Source of the DNA: Mobula hypostoma
Lineage: Eukaryota
Assembly: GCF_963921235.1 (NCBI RefSeq)
Contig: NC_086097.1
Location: 229,650,001 to 229,714,000, forward strand
Direction: 5' to 3'
DNA length: 64,000 nt
Each line of letters begins with the position of its first letter. Within the stretch, counting starts at the first letter, position 1. The translations under genes were made by a program, and so were the position numbers. Shown here one piece after another: positions 13,801 through 26,099 of the stretch. The notes beneath the pieces are model-generated. The model saw only the letters and a list, made by a program, of their open reading frames with translations, searched no databases and had not been told where the DNA came from.

Positions 13801-14581
13801 ATTGAAATTAAAAAAACACAAACTGGGAACGCCTATCGGATATTAATGACGGTAGTGAGTTGACACGATGGAGCGATGGTAGTGGCATGCAAAGGAATGG
13901 CAAGGCGAAGATGAAGATGATCGCAACAGCGAAATTTATGTTGACGAGAATTCAGATTGGAATCTGAATGTTAATCAGGATAGAGCTGGTGTTTGGCAAG
14001 CTAGCTTTATACTATTCTGGTTAGCATGATTGAGCAAAGATGTTTCCTGACCGCACATATGAAGCCAAGGTCACTTTGCACACCTCAAGAGGAATCCCTG
14101 GCATCGGCAGGTTCACTGATTGGCTCTATTTCCCTTTTTGGTTCTGGCCAGTGCTGTATTTTTGCATGACCTGTTTTCCATAGGTCTGTAGAGAAAGTTG
14201 AGAGGTTGTACTTGACTTACCAGCTGTTAAAGCACATGAACTTGTTCCGTGCCGCGAGTCAAGGGGAACTGTTGGGCACCCTGGTTGCTAGTTTATGCAT
14301 CCCCAATAATGTCTGTTTGGTTGGGAAGGTTGGAAGAGATTGCTGAGTTTCAGACCTGTTGTGACAAGTGCTCACTGCCTGCAGAGCTGTGGTTCTTCCT
14401 GTGTTCCAGTGCCTCACCCTTTTCTTGGAAGTGCCTGCTCTGCTAACGGTTGGTCGGGTCTCGTGCCTCAAGTTAGGGTGCTGCTTACTGCACATCCCAA
14501 GAGTCTTGAACACCCCCTGACAAATTCTGTTTCCCCTAACGCACCCTTGGGATACGTAACCACCCCCATTGGGAATCACTG
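10817..14581 (-). mobile_element. hAT (Charlie/ZBED-SCAND3-like) DNA transposon, degenerate transposase; CR1 inserted at ~12311-13222
   Basis: TIR-like CAGTATTTCCCA / TGGGAATCACTG; 8-bp flanks GTGTAAAT/ATGTAGAT; N-terminal QYNVTYLEYGF..PMCLLC (BED-like, ~13610-13700); C-terminal hATC LWRRAKLLFIAFPFSYFVERGFSAV (11030-11365). Confidence 0.8.
12311..13222 (-). mobile_element. CR1 LINE 3' fragment
   Basis: VLVRPHLEYCIEFWSPYLRK...FFSQR(L)VNLWNSLP; CATAAGAA tail. Confidence 0.9.
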
Positions 14582-14835
14582 ATGTAGATGAGTAGTAGAA
14601 TCTGGAGTGGAGTTGATGGAAATGTAAGGGGAATAAAAAGGGATTTATGCAGGGTTAGTGCAAAAATGGGTGCTCGATATTTGGGGCAGTCTCGGTGGGC
14701 TGAGAGCCTTTTCTGTGTTTTTATCATGGCTCTAATTTTGTATTCGATGATTATTTAATTGTTAAAACTACAGTTACATCAAGGGTAATTCATCTGAGTC
14801 ATTTTGTTATCAATATCCTCATCAATGGAAATTAA

Positions 14836-15297
14836 CTTTCAGTGGCCACTTTATTAGGTACACCTGCCCATTAATGAAAATATCTAGCCAGCCAATCATG
14901 TGGCAGCAATTCAATACAAACAAGCATACAGACATGGTCAAGAGGTTCAGTTGTTGTTCAGGCCAAACATCAGAATGGGGAAGAAATGTGATCTAAATAA
15001 CTTTGACAGTAGAATGATTGTTGGTGTCAGTTGGTTGGAATCTCATGCACAACAGACCGTAGAGTTTACAGAGAATGATGCAAAAACAAAAAAAAAAAAT
15101 CCAGTTGCCAGTTCTATGAGCTTGTTAATGAGGGAGGTCAGAAGGTCAGAGGAGAATGGCCAGAAAGGTTCAAGCTGGCTGGAAGGTGACTATAACTCAA
15201 ATACCAACATATTTTAACACTTTGGAACCTTGCAGATGGACTACAGTAACAGAAGACCACGATCAGGAGGTACAGAATAAAATGGCTACTGAGTATA
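14836..15297 (+). mobile_element. Tc1-derived non-autonomous element (related fragment at ~10685-10800)
   Basis: TIR-like CAGTGGCCACTTTATTAGGTACACC / GGTACAGAATAAAATGGCTACTGAGTA; contains MGKKCDLNNFDSRMIVG (Tc1 transposase N-terminus). Confidence 0.7.
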
Positions 15298-16502
15298 GGT
15301 TAATTGTTTCAACTTATCTTCTACACAAACCTCCTCTCACCTTATCTATCACCTAATCATCAAATCTTCTGTTCCTTTTCCCGGATATGCTTATTTTTCT
15401 TTTGGTAAAATATTTACTTACACCTTTTCCAAACCTAAATATCTTTCCTTCATTTGATAATTCCTTGACTTTTTCACCATTACAATACCTCATCTTTACA
15501 TTCAATTTTATCCCATGTAATTGCAGTGACACCAAGTTAAATGTTTATGTTTGACTTTTAGCATTCTGTGCCAGTCAATGACCTGCTTCTCCAGAAACAC
15601 AAATTCAAAAGGCAAATGTATAGACTGGCTGTTTATTTTCTAGGTCCTTAACCATAGTATTACAAGCACCATGTGCTATTTATAGGGAACTGCAGGAGCC
15701 AAATTGGTCCCAATATGGCTTACAATGTGTATGCATGTGCTTTCAGCATGAGTCATACTTGGCATCATTTTGGTAAAAACTTTAGTGGGGCCAAAACTTA
15801 CTTGAAGTCAGTACATTCATTCTGGAGCTCAATGCTTCAGTTAAAGTCATTTCTCAACCCAAAACAACGTTCAACAACAGGAAACATTCATCCTACCAGC
15901 ATTATTTAGAGGTATCATCACTTACTTTAACATGACTTGTTGATTGATTTTTACTGGCTGCTGGTACGAGTGGCTAATTATGGATTATTTTTAGAGTTCC
16001 TTGAAGCTGTTAAAGTCTACACAGAGTGGTGTAGCAGATGCCAAAGGATTTGATCAAGGCTTCACAAACCAGATATTAGTAGGCATTTTCTTTGAGAAAA
16101 AGAGGAAATAGACAGAATGAGACTGGTGCAGGTAAAAGGAGCTGGAAGAGTTTACGAGTTCTGAACAGGAGACCATATCCACTGGCAGTGATTACATCAC
16201 AAGTTCCCAACCCAAATCATAACATTGTGTTCTTCAGTACAGTATAGATGATGAAATTTTGGCAGTAGAGAGGACAAAAGCAGATTTTTAACAGGAATCA
16301 AGATACTCTCATTCAGCTGCACACCTCCGTGCCACCCGCTTTAGAGCTACCATAAAAATAAACAATAGCAGTCAGCATGAGTCTTGAGTGGCACTGTGTG
16401 TAGTAAACAATCAAAACCATATTTGCTGCATGCTTTGTAAGAATAGATTCAAATAGGCTGCTGAAATAATGATTCCACTGACTAGACCAATCTGGAGGTG
16501 CC

Positions 16503-16601
16503 CTGGAGTAATTACCAACAAGGTTTAAGGTGGACTGGAGTAATTACTAACAAGGTTTAAGGTGGACTGGAGTAATTACCAACAAGGTTTAAGGTGGACT
16601 G
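16503..16601 (+). repeat. Tandem repeat, 32-bp unit x3
   Basis: CTGGAGTAATTACCAACAAGGTTTAAGGTGGA repeated head to tail without spacers. Confidence 0.9.
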
Positions 16602-16784
16602 TTCTTTGCTGGACACTATCACCATCACAACAGCACAGATCTTGCAGGAGGAAGAAGGGAGGTAGTAGGCTGGTCAGTATCTTTCCTAGAAGGGAAGGGA
16701 ACAACTAGTCCATGTACAATGCCAGTAACTCCAACCCCAGTAGCCCAGTCAATTTTCCTGTCCTCTGTGGATGGCCAACATCTT

Positions 16785-17040
16785 GTTTATTTTTATCTAG
16801 AGATACAGCGCGGTAACAGACCCTTCTGACCCAATGCCACACCGCCCAGCTACACCCATCTGATCTACTAACTTACTAACCCATATGTCTTTTGGAGTGT
16901 GGGGGGAAACCAGAGCACCCAGAGGAAACCCACCTACGCGGTCATGTGGAGAACATACGAACTCCGTACAGACAGGGATTGAACCCGCGTCACTGTCATT
17001 GAGATAACTCTGCTAACTGCCAAACTACAGTGCCACCCTG
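16785..17040 (-). mobile_element. tRNA-derived SINE (related copies ~36470-36860, ~54365-54720)
   Basis: GGATTGAACCC (B-box, reverse complement) and the shared GGAAACCAGAGCACCCAGAGGAAACCCAC core. Confidence 0.6.
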
Positions 17041-17879
17041 CCCAACTTCAGTGAAAAAAAGCCAGTTTGCATCTACTGTATCTTATAATTTTGTATACCG
17101 CAATCAAATCTCCCCTCATACACTCCAGGGAATAAAGTTCTAACCTATTCAACCCTTCCCTATAACTCAGGTCCTCAAGTCCTTAGTCTTGGCCTTGGTT
17201 GCAATAGGACTGGGGTACCAAACAGGGAAGTATTTTCACAATTGTATAAAGTAATGGTGAGGCCACATCTGGACTACAGTATGCAGTTTTGTTCCCTTAT
17301 TTAATGATGTATTGGCACTTAAGGCAGTGATTCACCAGGATAGGAGGATGGTGCAATCACAGCGGCTAAAAAATTAGATCTATATTCTTTGGAGTTTGAG
17401 AGAATAAGGGGTGATTGCATTGAAACATATAAGATCCTGAGGGAGCATGACAGAGTAGATGTTAAGATGCTTTCATGAGTGGGAGAATCTCAAACGAAGC
17501 TACAAAATTAGGAAACTGTCATTTGAAATTAAGGTTTCTAGAACCTTGTTCCTCCAGCATGTTGTGTGTGTTGTTTTGGATTTCTAGCATCTGCAGGTTT
17601 TCTTGTGTTTGGGATCTACCAAACGAGGGCCACCATACATGTAGCACTGAATAAGGAATGGAGTACTGGCGAAGCAACAGATTTAAAAATCAATGACAAA
17701 AGGTTCTGAACTATTATCAAACTTATTCAATTGCTTAGTTGAGGAATTGAAATATCTTAATCATAGTTCAAATCCTTTTACTGCTCAGTCTGAGATGACT
17801 TAAAAGTGGCAACGACTAGAGATTGGAAGTTTCTTACACCCCTAATTTTGATATGTGTCCCACTCAGTAAGGGAATAAT

Positions 17880-18253
17880 GCAGACAAGTGTGAGGTTTTG
17901 CACTTCGGGAGGACAGACCAGGGTGGGACATACCAGTGGTAGGGCACTGAGGAGTGCAGTAGAACAGAGGGATCTGGAAACACAGATCCATAATTCCTTG
18001 ACAGAGGCAGCACGGGTAGATAGGGTCACAAAGAATGCTTTTGCCACAATGGCCTTCATAAATCAAAAGTATTGAGTACAGGAGTTGGGATGTTACGTTG
18101 AAGTTGTACAAGATGTTGCTGAGGCCTAATTTAAAGTATTCTGTCCAGTTCTGGTCGCCTCGCTGCAGGAAAGATATCAGTAAGATTGAAAGAGAGCAGA
18201 AACTATTTACAAGGATGTTACCAGGATTTGAGGACCTGAGTTATAGGGAAAGG
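17880..18253 (+). mobile_element. CR1 LINE fragment (other degenerate CR1 pieces 17050-17540)
   Basis: EQRDL...AFINQ.IEYRSWDV.LKLYK.L.RP.L.Y.VQFWSP-like remnant. Confidence 0.7.
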
Positions 18254-18352
18254 TAATGTAGCAACCGAGATTCAGGCAATTTGCCCATCAGTTAAAATAT
18301 GCTTCAGTTTTTGAAGTCTACCCCATTTAAAGGCCTTGTATTCGTTGGAATG

Positions 18353-18576
18353 TGTTGTGTATGTGGCCTGGTTACACAACAATGCTATTAGTAAAAACAC
18401 TGGAGACGGGAGCTAAGGTTCATAGTTCTTTACCGGCAGAAAACCGAACTCAGCACACACATACAGATCATTACGCACCTAATAGTGCATGCTCAATATG
18501 CGCCTAATAGCGCATTCAACGACGTGTTACTATAACATAAAGCAGTCCCTCAATATACTGCAGGCGATACAGTACA
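18353..18576 (-). mobile_element. 3' LTR of the Gypsy-SUDS3 element
   Basis: On minus TGTACTGTATC...CACATACACAACA; preceded by the PPT, followed by TSD CATTC; about 90% identical to 25878-26096 by eye. Confidence 0.92.
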
Positions 18577-18589
18577 CTCCTCCCCTTTT
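18577..18589 (-). other. Polypurine tract (PPT)
   Basis: AAAAGGGGAGGAG on minus, directly abutting the TG of the 3' LTR. Confidence 0.88.
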
Positions 18590-18994
18590 ATTTTAATAGT
18601 GTATCAACTGTTTTCTTTTACTGGGGCATTATGCTAAACAGATATGTTTACTCTTAACATACGAAAGCCTACCATTTGTTTACTTAGTAACTTAATAATA
18701 TCAAATTATAATGAAGTAACATAATAATATCAAATTATAACAAGCCTTTTTTTAACTTCTGGTCTAAAACCCATTTATAACTCAAGTCTCGGGGGTGGGG
18801 GGGGTTTTCTCTACCTCTCCGGGTAACATCTGTCAATAAACATGTTTGTTTTAATACAGATTTCCATATGAAAGTCATGAAAAGTTCACCTCTGAGTATA
18901 GGGAGTTAAGAAGATGTGCGCCTCCAACTTGCTAAGAGTTCTAGGCAGATCGCCTCCATATAATGTAAACTCCTCTGTGCAGCTGTCCTAGATA

Positions 18995-19296
18995 GAAGGA
19001 GATTAGTTATATAGCTCTCGTTACAGTTCAACTCTTTGAGTAATTATGCAGAAAGTTTAAAGTAATAACTCATCTCCTTCTACCTTAGGTCGCGAACTTA
19101 TCAATGACCCCTGCTGTAGACAACTTCCTGGAGGTCCAAGACACTGACTCCAACAAAGAAGGGATCCGTATGCTCCACGACCCCTGGACTAAGTGTGTAA
19201 ATGTAGGAGGGGTCTATGTTGAAAAATAAATGTGTGAGGTTTTCTAAAATTGACTCCTTCTACCTTAGGCCACGAACTTATCAATCACCCCTCGTA
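18995..19296 (+). mobile_element. Mariner-derived MITE (left TIR deleted), inserted in the SUDS3 copy
   Basis: Right TIR ...GAACTTATCAATCACCCCTCGTA; KEGIRMLHD.WTKCVNVGG.YVEK* mariner C-terminus; same family as 58058-58515. Confidence 0.85.
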
Positions 19297-19878
19297 TACG
19301 CGTCTTTGTGCTATCACTTGTCTTCCTTACCCATATCTCATTTGTTCCAACTGAGCTAATTACACAGCCAATCTTCATATTCTCCTTAGATTCCAAATAG
19401 ATAGCCTGACCTTTATGATACCATCTCTTGTCGTAATATAACTTCCCATCTTCTACCCGTGCTTCATATCTTTGTGCTGGTGTTTCAGCAGGAGTGTTGG
19501 GAAGATGCTCAGGAGAAGATGGAGATGCTGGTCTTTTCGGAGATTTAAGCTTATTGAGAGTTCGCAGATCTTCCATTATCTGTTCATCTGTTAACAAGTA
19601 ATTTAACTGCGCAGGTGCAGGTTTTCATCTTTTGTCTGTAATTGGAGCAGGGTCATTAGGTTTCCTCCCTAGTTTCCTAGTCATTATTGGCTTTACCTCC
19701 ATAGAATCTCCTGTGAGTTCCATTGTTAGCCTCTCATTCTCAATCATCTTTTTCTTTTCTTCTAACTCAATATTTTTATCTTCAAATTCCTTCACTGCTG
19801 CTTTCTTCTCTTTAATATAATTCCTTCCCACTTGTTCTGTCTCCAGTTGCAGAAAAAGCTCTGCATTTCGTATTCTTT

Positions 19879-22868
19879 CATAGAAACATAGAAAACCTAC
19901 AGCACAATACAGGCCCTTCAGCCCAAAAAGTTGTACTGAACATGTCTCTACCTTAGAAATTACTAGGCTTACCTATAGCCCTCTATTTTTCTAAGCTCCA
20001 TGTACCTATCCAAAAGTCTCTTAAAAGACCCTATTGTATCCGCTTCCACCACCGTTGCCAGCAGCCCATCCCACGCACTCACCACTCTCTGAGTAAAAAA
20101 ACTTACCCCTGACATCTCCTCTGTACCTACTCCCCAGCACCTTAAACCTGTGTCCTCTTGTAGCAACCATTTCAGCCCTGGGAAAAAGCCTCTGACTATC
20201 CACACGATCAATGCCTCTCATCATCTTATACACCTCTATCAGGTCACCTCTCATCTGCTGTCGCTCCAAGGCAAAAAGGCCGAGTTCGCTTAACCTATTC
20301 TCATAAGGCATGCTCCCCAATCCAGGCAACATCCTTGTAAATCTCCTCTGCACCCTTTCTATGGCTTCCACATCCTTCCTGTAGTGAGGCGACCAGAACT
20401 GTGCACAGTACTCCAAGTGGGGTCTGACCAGGGTCCTATATAGCTGCAACATTACCTCTCGGCTCCTAAATTCAATTCCACGATTGATGAAGGCCAATAC
20501 ACCGTATGCCTTCTTAACCACAGAGTCAACCTGCGCAGCTGCTTTGAACGTCCTATGGACATGGACCCCAAGATCCCTCTGATCCTCCATGCTGCCAAGA
20601 GTCTTACCATTAATACTATATTCTGCCATCATATTTGACCTACCAAAATTAACCACCTCACACTTATCTGGGTTGAACTCCATCTGCCACTTCTCAGCCC
20701 AGTTTGGCATCCTATCAATGCCCCGCTGTAACCTCTGACAGCCATCCACACTATCCACAACACCCGCAATCTTTGTGTCATCAGCAAATTTACTAACCCA
20801 TCCCTCCACTTCCTCATCCACGTCATTTATAGAAATCACAAAGAGTAAGGGTCCCAGAACGGATCCCTGAGGCACTCCCCTGGTGACCGACCTCCATGCA
20901 GAATATGACCTGTCTACAACCACTCTTTGGCTTCTGTTGGCAAGCCAGTTCTGGATCCACAAAGCAATGTCTCCTTGGATCCCATGCCTCCTTACTTTCT
21001 CAATAGCCTTGCATGGGGTACCTTATCAAATGCCTTGCTGAAATCCATATACACTACACCTACTGCTCTTCCTTCATCAATGTGTTTAGTCACATCCTCA
21101 AAAAATTCAATCAGGCTCATAAGGCACGACCTGCCCTTGACAAAGCCATGCTGACTATTCCTAATCATATTATACTTCTCCAAATGTTCATAAATCCTGC
21201 CTCTCAGGATCTTCTCCATCAATTTACCAGCCACTGAGGTAAGACTCACTAGTCTATAATCTCCTGGGTTATCTCTACTCCCTTTCTTGAATAAAGGAAT
21301 AACATCCGCAACCCTCCAATCCTCTGGAACCTCTCCCGGCCCATTGATGATGCAAAGATCATTACCAGAGGCTCAGCAATCTCCTCCCTCGCCTCCCACA
21401 GTAGCCTGGGGTACATCTCATCTGGTCCCGGTGACTTATCCAACTTGATGCTTTCCAAAAGCTCCAGCACATCCTCTTTCTTAATATCTACATGCTCAAG
21501 CTTTTCAGTCCACTGCAAGTCATCACTACAGTCACCAAGATCCTTTTCCATAGGGAGTACTGAAGTAAAGTATTCATTAAGTACCTCTGCTATTTCCTCT
21601 GGTTCCATACATACTTCCCCACTGTCACACTTGATAGGTCCTATTCTTTCACGTCTTATCCTCTTGCTCTTCACATACTTGTAGAATGCCTTGGGGTTTT
21701 CCTTAATCCTGCCCGCCAAGGCCTTCTCATGGCCGCTTCTGGCTCTCCTAATTTCCTTCTTAAGCTCCTTCCTATTATCTTCTAGATCTCTAACATTACC
21801 TAGCTCTCTGAACCTTTTGTAAACTTTTCTTTTCTTCTTGACTAGATTTATTAGAGCCTTTGTACACCACCATAACTTTCCTGTCTCATTGGAACGTACC
21901 TGTGCAGAACTCCACACAAATATCCCCTGAACATTTGCCACATTTCTTCCGTACCTCTCCCTGAAAACATGTTTCCAATTTAAGCTTCCAAGTTCCTGCC
22001 TGATAGCCTCATAATTCCCCTTACTCTAATTAAATGCTTTTTTAACTTGTCTGTTCCTATCTCTCTCCAATGCTATTGTAAAGGAGATAGAATTATGATC
22101 ACTATCTCCAAAATTACTACCTTTGCGGTTCTGCTTCTCAACTTCCTTCCTAATTTCCTGTACTCTATTTTTCAGGACCTCTTCCCTTTTCCTACCTATG
22201 TCATTGGTACCACCTCTGGCTGTTCTCCCTCCCACTGCAGGATATCTTGGAGGCGTTCTGAAACATCCTGGACCTTGGCACCTGGGAGGCACACCACCAT
22301 CCGAGTTTCTTTCCTGCATCCACAGAATCGCCTATCTGACCCCCTAACTATAGAGTATCACTACTGCCTTCCTCTTCCTTTCCCTACCCTTCTGAGTCAC
22401 AGGGCCAGACTCCGTGCCAGAAGCACGGCCACTGTTGCTTCCCCCAGGTAGGTTGTCCCCCCCCCCCCAACAGTACTCAAACAGGAGTACTTATTGTCAA
22501 GGGGGACAGCCACAGGGGTACTCTCTAGTACCTGACTCTTCCCCTTCCCCCTCCTGATCGTTACCCACTTGTCTGCCTCCCGTGGACCCGGTGTGACCAC
22601 CTGCCTATAACTCCTTTCTATCACCTCCTTGCTCTCCCTGACCAAGCGAAGGTCATCGAGCTGCATCTCCAGTTCCCTGACTCGATCTTTACGAGCTGCA
22701 GCTTGACACACCTGGTGCAGATATGGCCGTCTGGGAGGTTGGGAGACTCCAGGACCTCCCACATCTGACACCGAGCACAGAAAACTGACCTCACACACAT
22801 ACTTCCTCCTTTCCGTAAATAACACCGGTAAACCTACCTCGCCTTGTCCCATTACCGCCTAAGCCCAC
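19879..22868 (-). mobile_element. CR1 LINE with ORF1 remnant and internally deleted ORF2, inserted in the SUDS3 copy
   Basis: ORF1 pieces DRVRELEMQLDDLRL and GTNDIGRKREEVLK (esterase-like) joined directly to GDSDHNSISF (end of the endonuclease); RT at 20021-21249 with [23 protein letters not shown] and FADDTK; CATAGAAA tail. Confidence 0.92.
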
Positions 22869-23199
22869 TGTATTGTTGATCTAGTTTCTTCATCCTTTTC
22901 TGCTACTCCTGCAAAGTGCCTTCCTGTAACTGCTGTAGCTGTCTTTTGGGAGATGTCAATTTCTCCTGGTACATCTGCTCTTTTACTTCCAGGTAGTCTT
23001 CATCATCCTGCTTATTAGCTATATCTGTCTCACTTGCATCCTCTGTATCTTCATCCGAGTCGCGGCCACGGATACTGCGTTTGTCCTCATCATCGACGCT
23101 GTCTAGCTCCCCCTCATCATTGTAATAGTTGACAATGGGTGAGAGAAGAGCTGCGGACATCTTCCCCACCAAACTGCCCTCCTTTGTTGACACATCTAG

Positions 23200-25142
23200 T
23201 GCCTTGACGGTGTGCCAATCCAACTGAATTTCCCTGAGCCATTCATGTCCCAGCAATGGTGGTCCTCCATTTTTCAGTATAGAGGTTCAGCTGCTGTGTT
23301 TTGTCTCCGTAGGTCACTGCCACTTTAATTTTACCTTTGGGATGCACTTTCTGTCCTGTGTAAGTCTTTAGCAGTAGTTTAGTTCGTTTCAGAGGTATGT
23401 GAGAATAGTCATTTGTAGTTGTGTACAGAGATCACTGTTAAAGCTGAGCCTGAGTCCAACTCCATTTTCAGTCTCATGCCCGCCACTTGTGGAGTCATCC
23501 ATATTACTCTTCGATCATCTGTCTCTTTCACGCTGTGAAGTTGTAGACTAGACAATTCACTTTCATCTTGAGTCATTTTCATCAGAACTGCTTTTTTTCA
23601 TTTTGTGCACATTGTTGTATTTTCCTTTCTGGGGTTTCTTGTTTCTCTGCATTTTGTCCCTTTTCTGTTGTTTACTAGCTTTGCATACTCTGCCAGTGTG
23701 GCCGTTTGCCACAGTTTCTGCATTCTTTGTCTTTAAACCAACAGACATCAGGGTCATGTGACCTGTTCCCACAACGGTAACATTTCACAAGATCACAAGA
23801 CAAAGGAGAAGTAGGCCATTCAGCCCATCGAGCCTGCTCCGCAGCTCCCCCATGAGCTAAACTATTCACCCATCTAGTTCCAATTTCTGGCTTTTTCCCC
23901 ATATCCCTTGATACCCTGACTAATTAGATACCTGTCAATCTCCTCCTTAATCACCCTCAATGATCGGGCCTCCACAGCTGTATGCGGCAACGAATTCCAC
24001 AAATCCATGACCCTCTGGCTAAAAAAATTTCTCCTCACCTCTGTTTTAACTGGGTACCCTCTAATTCTAAGACTATGGCCTCTTGTCCTGGACTCACCCA
24101 CCAAGGGAAACAACCTTTCCACATCTACTCTGTCCAACCCTTTCAACATTCGAATTGTTTCTATGAGATCCCCTCTCATTCTTCTATACTCTAATGAATA
24201 CAGTCCAAGAGCCGACAAACGCTCCTCATATGTTAGCCCCTGCATTCCAGGAATCATCCTCGTAAATCTTCTCTGAACTCTCTCCAACATCAGTACATCC
24301 TTTCTAAGACGGGGACACAAAACTGCACACAGTATTCCAAATGAGGTCTCACTAATGCCCCATAGAGCCTCATCAACACCTCCTTACTCTTATACACTAT
24401 TCCTCTTGAAATGAATGCCAGCGTAGCATTTGCTTTCCTTACCGCTGATCCAACTTGGTGGTTATCCTTTAGGGTATCCAGCACGAGGACCCCCAAGTCC
24501 CTTTGCACTTCCGATTTTTGAATTTTCTCCCCATCTAAATAATAATCTGCCCGATTATTTCTTCTTCCAAAATGTACAACCGTACATTTGTCAACGTTGT
24601 ATCTCATCTGCCATTTCTTTGCCCACTCTCCTAAACTGACCAAGTCTTTCCTTCATTTCTGTTCAGTGACATTTTATTCATAGCATATTCCAGAGATTTT
24701 TGTTGATATTGCAATGTTCAGTGCCTTCTCATATGTAAGATCTTTTTCACACAGGAGCTTCTTCTGTGTGGTTTCACAGTGCATGCCACACACTAACCTG
24801 TCCCCCAATGCATCCGATAGGCCAGCTCCAAATTGACAATGTTCTGATAATTTGCACAATTCAGCACAATATTCAGAAATGCTTTCATTTTTGCTCTGAT
24901 TCTGTTTGTGAAATATAAATCTTTCAGCAATGACCAGTGGTTTGGGGGTTAAATGCTGTTGGAGAGTGTCTATTTGCTTGAACATTTTGTCAGCTGGCTT
25001 TTCAGGGGTTAACAAGCTCCATAGCAGCCCGTATGTTTTTGCTCCCATAAGACTGAGTAAGATGCTGGTTTTCTTTTCATCATTAACACCGTTAACCTCA
25101 TAATATCACTCCACTCTCTCAATGTAAGTTGCCCAGTCTTCA
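23200..25142 (-). pseudogene. Gypsy gag-protease remnant (frameshifted; CR1 inserted at 23786-24647)
   Basis: IEDWATYIERVE..KKTSILLSLMGAKTY..PKPLVIAERF.FHK.NQ..ESISEY.AEL; zinc knuckles CYRCGNRSHDPDVC and CRNCGK..H...C; protease MELDSGSALTVIS and [11 protein letters not shown]. Confidence 0.88.
23786..24647 (-). mobile_element. CR1 LINE 3' fragment inserted in gag
   Basis: WAKKWQMRYNVDKC, LVRPHLEYCVQF, NFFSQRVMDLWNSLP; (TCTTGTGA) tail. Confidence 0.9.
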
Positions 25143-25441
25143 ATGGAACCTGTGGAATTCTTCGTGATCGCCTCCTCATTGCATTGTAATGTGGATTTGA
25201 ATTTTTCTCCCTCCACCCTATTCCGTGGATAGCTAAAACTTTTCAGCTCGCCAACTTAAAACTTTAAGAACTGTTCCTAAGCTTGACGGTTTGGGAGCCA
25301 CAAATGCATTACACTGTTAACTCTTCTGTTTAGAAGGGTAATTTGTTTAATTTTCTATATTTTGAGTAGATACTAGTAAATATAGTGGTTTAACATTAAA
25401 CCCTGACTCAGTTTGTGGTCTATTGCTGCTGGTACGTAACA

Positions 25442-25730
25442 CAGCAGAAAAAAAGGGGCAGTGCTTGGGGTCAGATAACCAGAATATAACTAGGAAATAA
25501 GAGCAAAGTGATTATGGTGCAACTTTATAAAACTGGTTAGGCCACTTCTAGAGTACTGTGTGTAGTTCGGTCTCCAGACTGTTAAGATGGAATCAATTGC
25601 AGTGCAGAGGAGATCTGCCAGGACATTGCCAGCATTGGAGCATTTCACTCATGAAGCGAGACTTAATCAGAACAGAGGAGGCTGAGGATGAGCACGATGG
25701 AGGTATACTAAAATACATGGGGGAGATCCT
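25442..25730 (+). mobile_element. Old CR1 fragment (its upstream part lies at ~27145-27230 on minus)
   Basis: Degenerate NKSKVIMVQLYK.LVRP.LEYCV.F.SP; continuity is restored when the inversion is undone. Confidence 0.6.
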
Positions 25731-25877
25731 ACTGGTTCAGCCCTGCCTGCTTAACTGTTGGCTAAAGATAAGAGGTTTCATCACCTGGCATATCATACTA
25801 GACGTGATTGGAGAATTGTTAGTACTCTACCAGGGATTTTATTTAATTCCATGGGTCATCAGGGAGGAATGGCATTC

Positions 25878-26096
25878 TGTACCGTATAGCCTACAGCATA
25901 ATAAGGGACTACTTTATGTTTTAGTAATATGTCGTTGAATGCGCTATTAGGCGCATATTGAGCATGCGCTATTAGGCGCGTATTGATCTGTGTGTGCCGA
26001 ATTCAGTTTCTGCCAGTAAAGAACCATGAACCTTAGCTCCCATCTCCAGCGTTTTTATTAATAGCATTGTTGTGTAACCAGGCCACATACACAACA
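25878..26096 (+). mobile_element. 5' LTR of the Gypsy-SUDS3 element (inverted)
   Basis: TGTACCGTATAG...CACATACACAACA; preceded by CATTC and followed by the PBS. Confidence 0.92.
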
Positions 26097-26099
26097 AAT

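Larger units (their letters stand above)
18941..23160 (-). pseudogene. SUDS3: Processed SUDS3 (Sin3 HDAC corepressor component SDS3) retrocopy in three pieces: 23160-22869, 19878-19297, 18994-18941
   Basis: MSAALLSP...[50 protein letters not shown] | [146 protein letters not shown] | YLGQL.RG...RRSA*. No introns; stops at 22903 and 19625; a short in-frame deletion relative to recalled vertebrate SDS3. Confidence 0.93.

Noticed and set aside
16503..16601. 32-bp repeats of CRISPR-like length
   Set aside because: Head-to-tail with no spacers, no cas genes, eukaryotic context.
18941..23160. Functional SUDS3 gene with the CR1 and MITE as introns
   Set aside because: The interruptions are TE insertions without splice consensus, and there are two in-frame stops and a deletion.
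18353..26096. Inverted terminal repeats suggesting a DIRS-like element or DNA transposon
   Set aside because: The repeats are ordinary TG..CA LTRs with PBS, PPT and a 5-bp TSD; the inverted orientation is explained by the later 25143-26694 inversion.
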